Source: Nitrospiria bacterium (lineage in GTDB: Bacteria > Nitrospirota > Nitrospiria > SBBL01 > JAADHI01). From it: a DNA stretch of 64,000 nt. Of the stretch, positions 62,873 through 64,000 are shown piece after piece. The stretch is taken from contig JBHHXH010000001.1 of the NCBI GenBank assembly GCA_046756925.1, positions 20,337 to 84,336 of the forward strand, read 5' to 3'. Numbering within the stretch: position 1 is the stretch's first letter; each line of letters opens with the position of its first letter. The notes under the pieces are model-generated. The model saw only the letters and a list, made by a program, of their open reading frames with translations. It did no database searches and was not told the origin of the DNA. The position numbers and the translations under genes were made by a program.

Positions 62873-64000
62873 ATGAGAACTGATTTGGTATGGGAAGAGC
62901 TGCTTCTCCGAATTAAACCAAGAATGAACGAACAAGTTTTTGATGCCTGGTTAAGGCCGACCTCTCTTCATTCCATTCAAGAAAAGGAAGTTCAAATTGC
63001 CGTTCCCAACCACTTTTTCAAAGAATGGATCCAGGATAACTATTTTGAATTGATCGAAGATGCCTTGAAGCAGGAATTGTCACAGGAATCGTTAAGCATT
63101 GAATTTATTATAAAGGAAAAGGAAATTGAGGGTGTCAGGAAGGAGCGGCGAAGAAAGAATAATCTGAATAATAATATCAATCGAAGATATCAATTCGATT
63201 CCTTTGTTGTGGGATCCAGCAATCAATTCGCCCATGCGGCGGCGTTGAAGGTGGCGGAGCGGCCGGGTGTGACCTATAATCCACTTTTTCTCTATGGAGG
63301 GGTGGGTTTGGGAAAAACGCATCTTTTAAGCGCCATCGGTAATTTTATTTGTGCGAGGGATCCTTATTGTAAAATCGCCTACCTTTCTTCGGAGCAGTTT
63401 ACGAACGACGTGATTAATTCTATTCGATATGACAGAATGGCCGAATTTAGAAACCGGTACCGGAATGTCGATGCCTTGTTGATTGACGATATCCAATTTA
63501 TTTCCGGAAAAGAACGCACCCAAGAAGAGTTTTTTCACACCTTTAACACCCTTTATGAAACCAGTAAACAGGTGGTTGTTTCGAGCGATCGGTCGGTGAA
63601 AGAGATGTCGGATATTGAGGAGCGGCTTCGCTCGCGGTTCGAGATGGGCCTGATCGCGGATATTCAACCTCCCGATCTTGAGACAAAGATTGTGATTTTG
63701 CGGAGAAAGGCCGAATCCGAGAAAATTTTTCTTCATAACGATGTTGCATTGCTGTTGGCGACTCATATAAAAACCAACATTCGAGAGCTTGAGGGGTCTC
63801 TCATTCGCTTGGGCGCATTCAGTTCCCTCACCGGTCAGGAAATCACGGTCGAAATGGCGAAACGGGTCTTACGGGACACGATTCAAGAGCGAAAAAAGGT
63901 CGTCACGGTGGATGAGGTAATGAAGACCGTTTCGGAACGGTTTCAAATCAAGGTGATGGAGTTGAAATCGAAAAAGCGGACCAAAAACCTTGTCACCCCA
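62873..64000 (+). CDS. dnaA: Chromosomal replication initiator DnaA, N-terminal 376 codons; runs off the 3' edge and is absent from the supplied ORF track
   Basis: My own translation from ATG 62873: MRTDLVWEELLLRIKPRMNEQVFDAWL..., Walker A GGVGLGKTHLL, Walker B ALLIDDIQF, then RSRFEMGLIADIQPPDLETK. It stays in frame to position 64000. Confidence 0.93.
   Translation, partial: MRTDLVWEELLLRIKPRMNEQVFDAWLRPTSLHSIQEKEVQIAVPNHFFKEWIQDNYFELIEDALKQELSQESLSIEFIIKEKEIEGVRKERRRKNNLNNNINRRYQFDSFVVGSSNQFAHAAALKVAERPGVTYNPLFLYGGVGLGKTHLLSAIGNFICARDPYCKIAYLSSEQFTNDVINSIRYDRMAEFRNRYRNVDALLIDDIQFISGKERTQEEFFHTFNTLYETSKQVVVSSDRSVKEMSDIEERLRSRFEMGLIADIQPPDLETKIVILRRKAESEKIFLHNDVALLLATHIKTNIRELEGSLIRLGAFSSLTGQEITVEMAKRVLRDTIQERKKVVTVDEVMKTVSERFQIKVMELKSKKRTKNLVTP

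Overview
This is a 64-kb chromosomal window from a moderately GC-rich, diderm-type bacterium (it has TonB-dependent receptors and an LptM-like lipoprotein). I cannot assign a phylum by eye. All calls rest on motif recognition in the supplied translations and on reading the DNA directly; no searches were run.

The content is almost entirely core metabolism:
- uvrC (5'-partial), lipA, pyrF, and a four-gene pyruvate-type 2-oxoacid dehydrogenase operon.
- A small accessory-looking stretch: an HsdR-like gene, hydrolases, an SmbP-like histidine-rich protein, DUF971 and an FGE-sulfatase protein.
- A molybdenum-cofactor cluster and a rhodanese / ferredoxin / mtaB / miaB block.
- A B12-binding radical-SAM gene, hemH, a peroxiredoxin, a cytochrome c, an HD-GYP protein and an SMC/YhaN-like membrane ATPase.
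- Two TonB-dependent receptors, a MoaD-like gene next to a frameshifted pseudogene, and bolA-grx.
- An uninterrupted ~29-kb run of plus-strand genes: MFS transporter, cobalamin uptake/salvage locus, argDFGH, an lptM-like small ORF, lysA-dapF-dapA-dapB-dapL, folK, panC, two BFN-domain genes, rplM-rpsI and argC-argJ.
- An AT-rich DnaA-box region followed by dnaA. dnaA is 3'-partial and missing from the supplied ORF track.

I recognised no rRNA, tRNA, CRISPR array, transposase or integrase, and I do not see a convincing novel multi-gene system such as a defence island.

The most unusual observations are:
1. Two complete cobalamin riboswitches sit in tandem in one leader. The first has its own intrinsic terminator.
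2. The cobalamin locus is visibly decaying. It carries a cobQ relic with a large internal deletion, an importer with no ATPase gene, a 790-bp low-GC non-coding gap and a low-GC orphan ORF.
3. An HsdR-like protein has its nuclease, Walker A and DEAH motifs all substituted.
4. A MoaD/ThiS-like gene lies next to a beta-propeller pseudogene with three frameshifts.
5. dnaA is preceded by about 29 kb of genes transcribed toward it, which fits poorly with an origin at this position.
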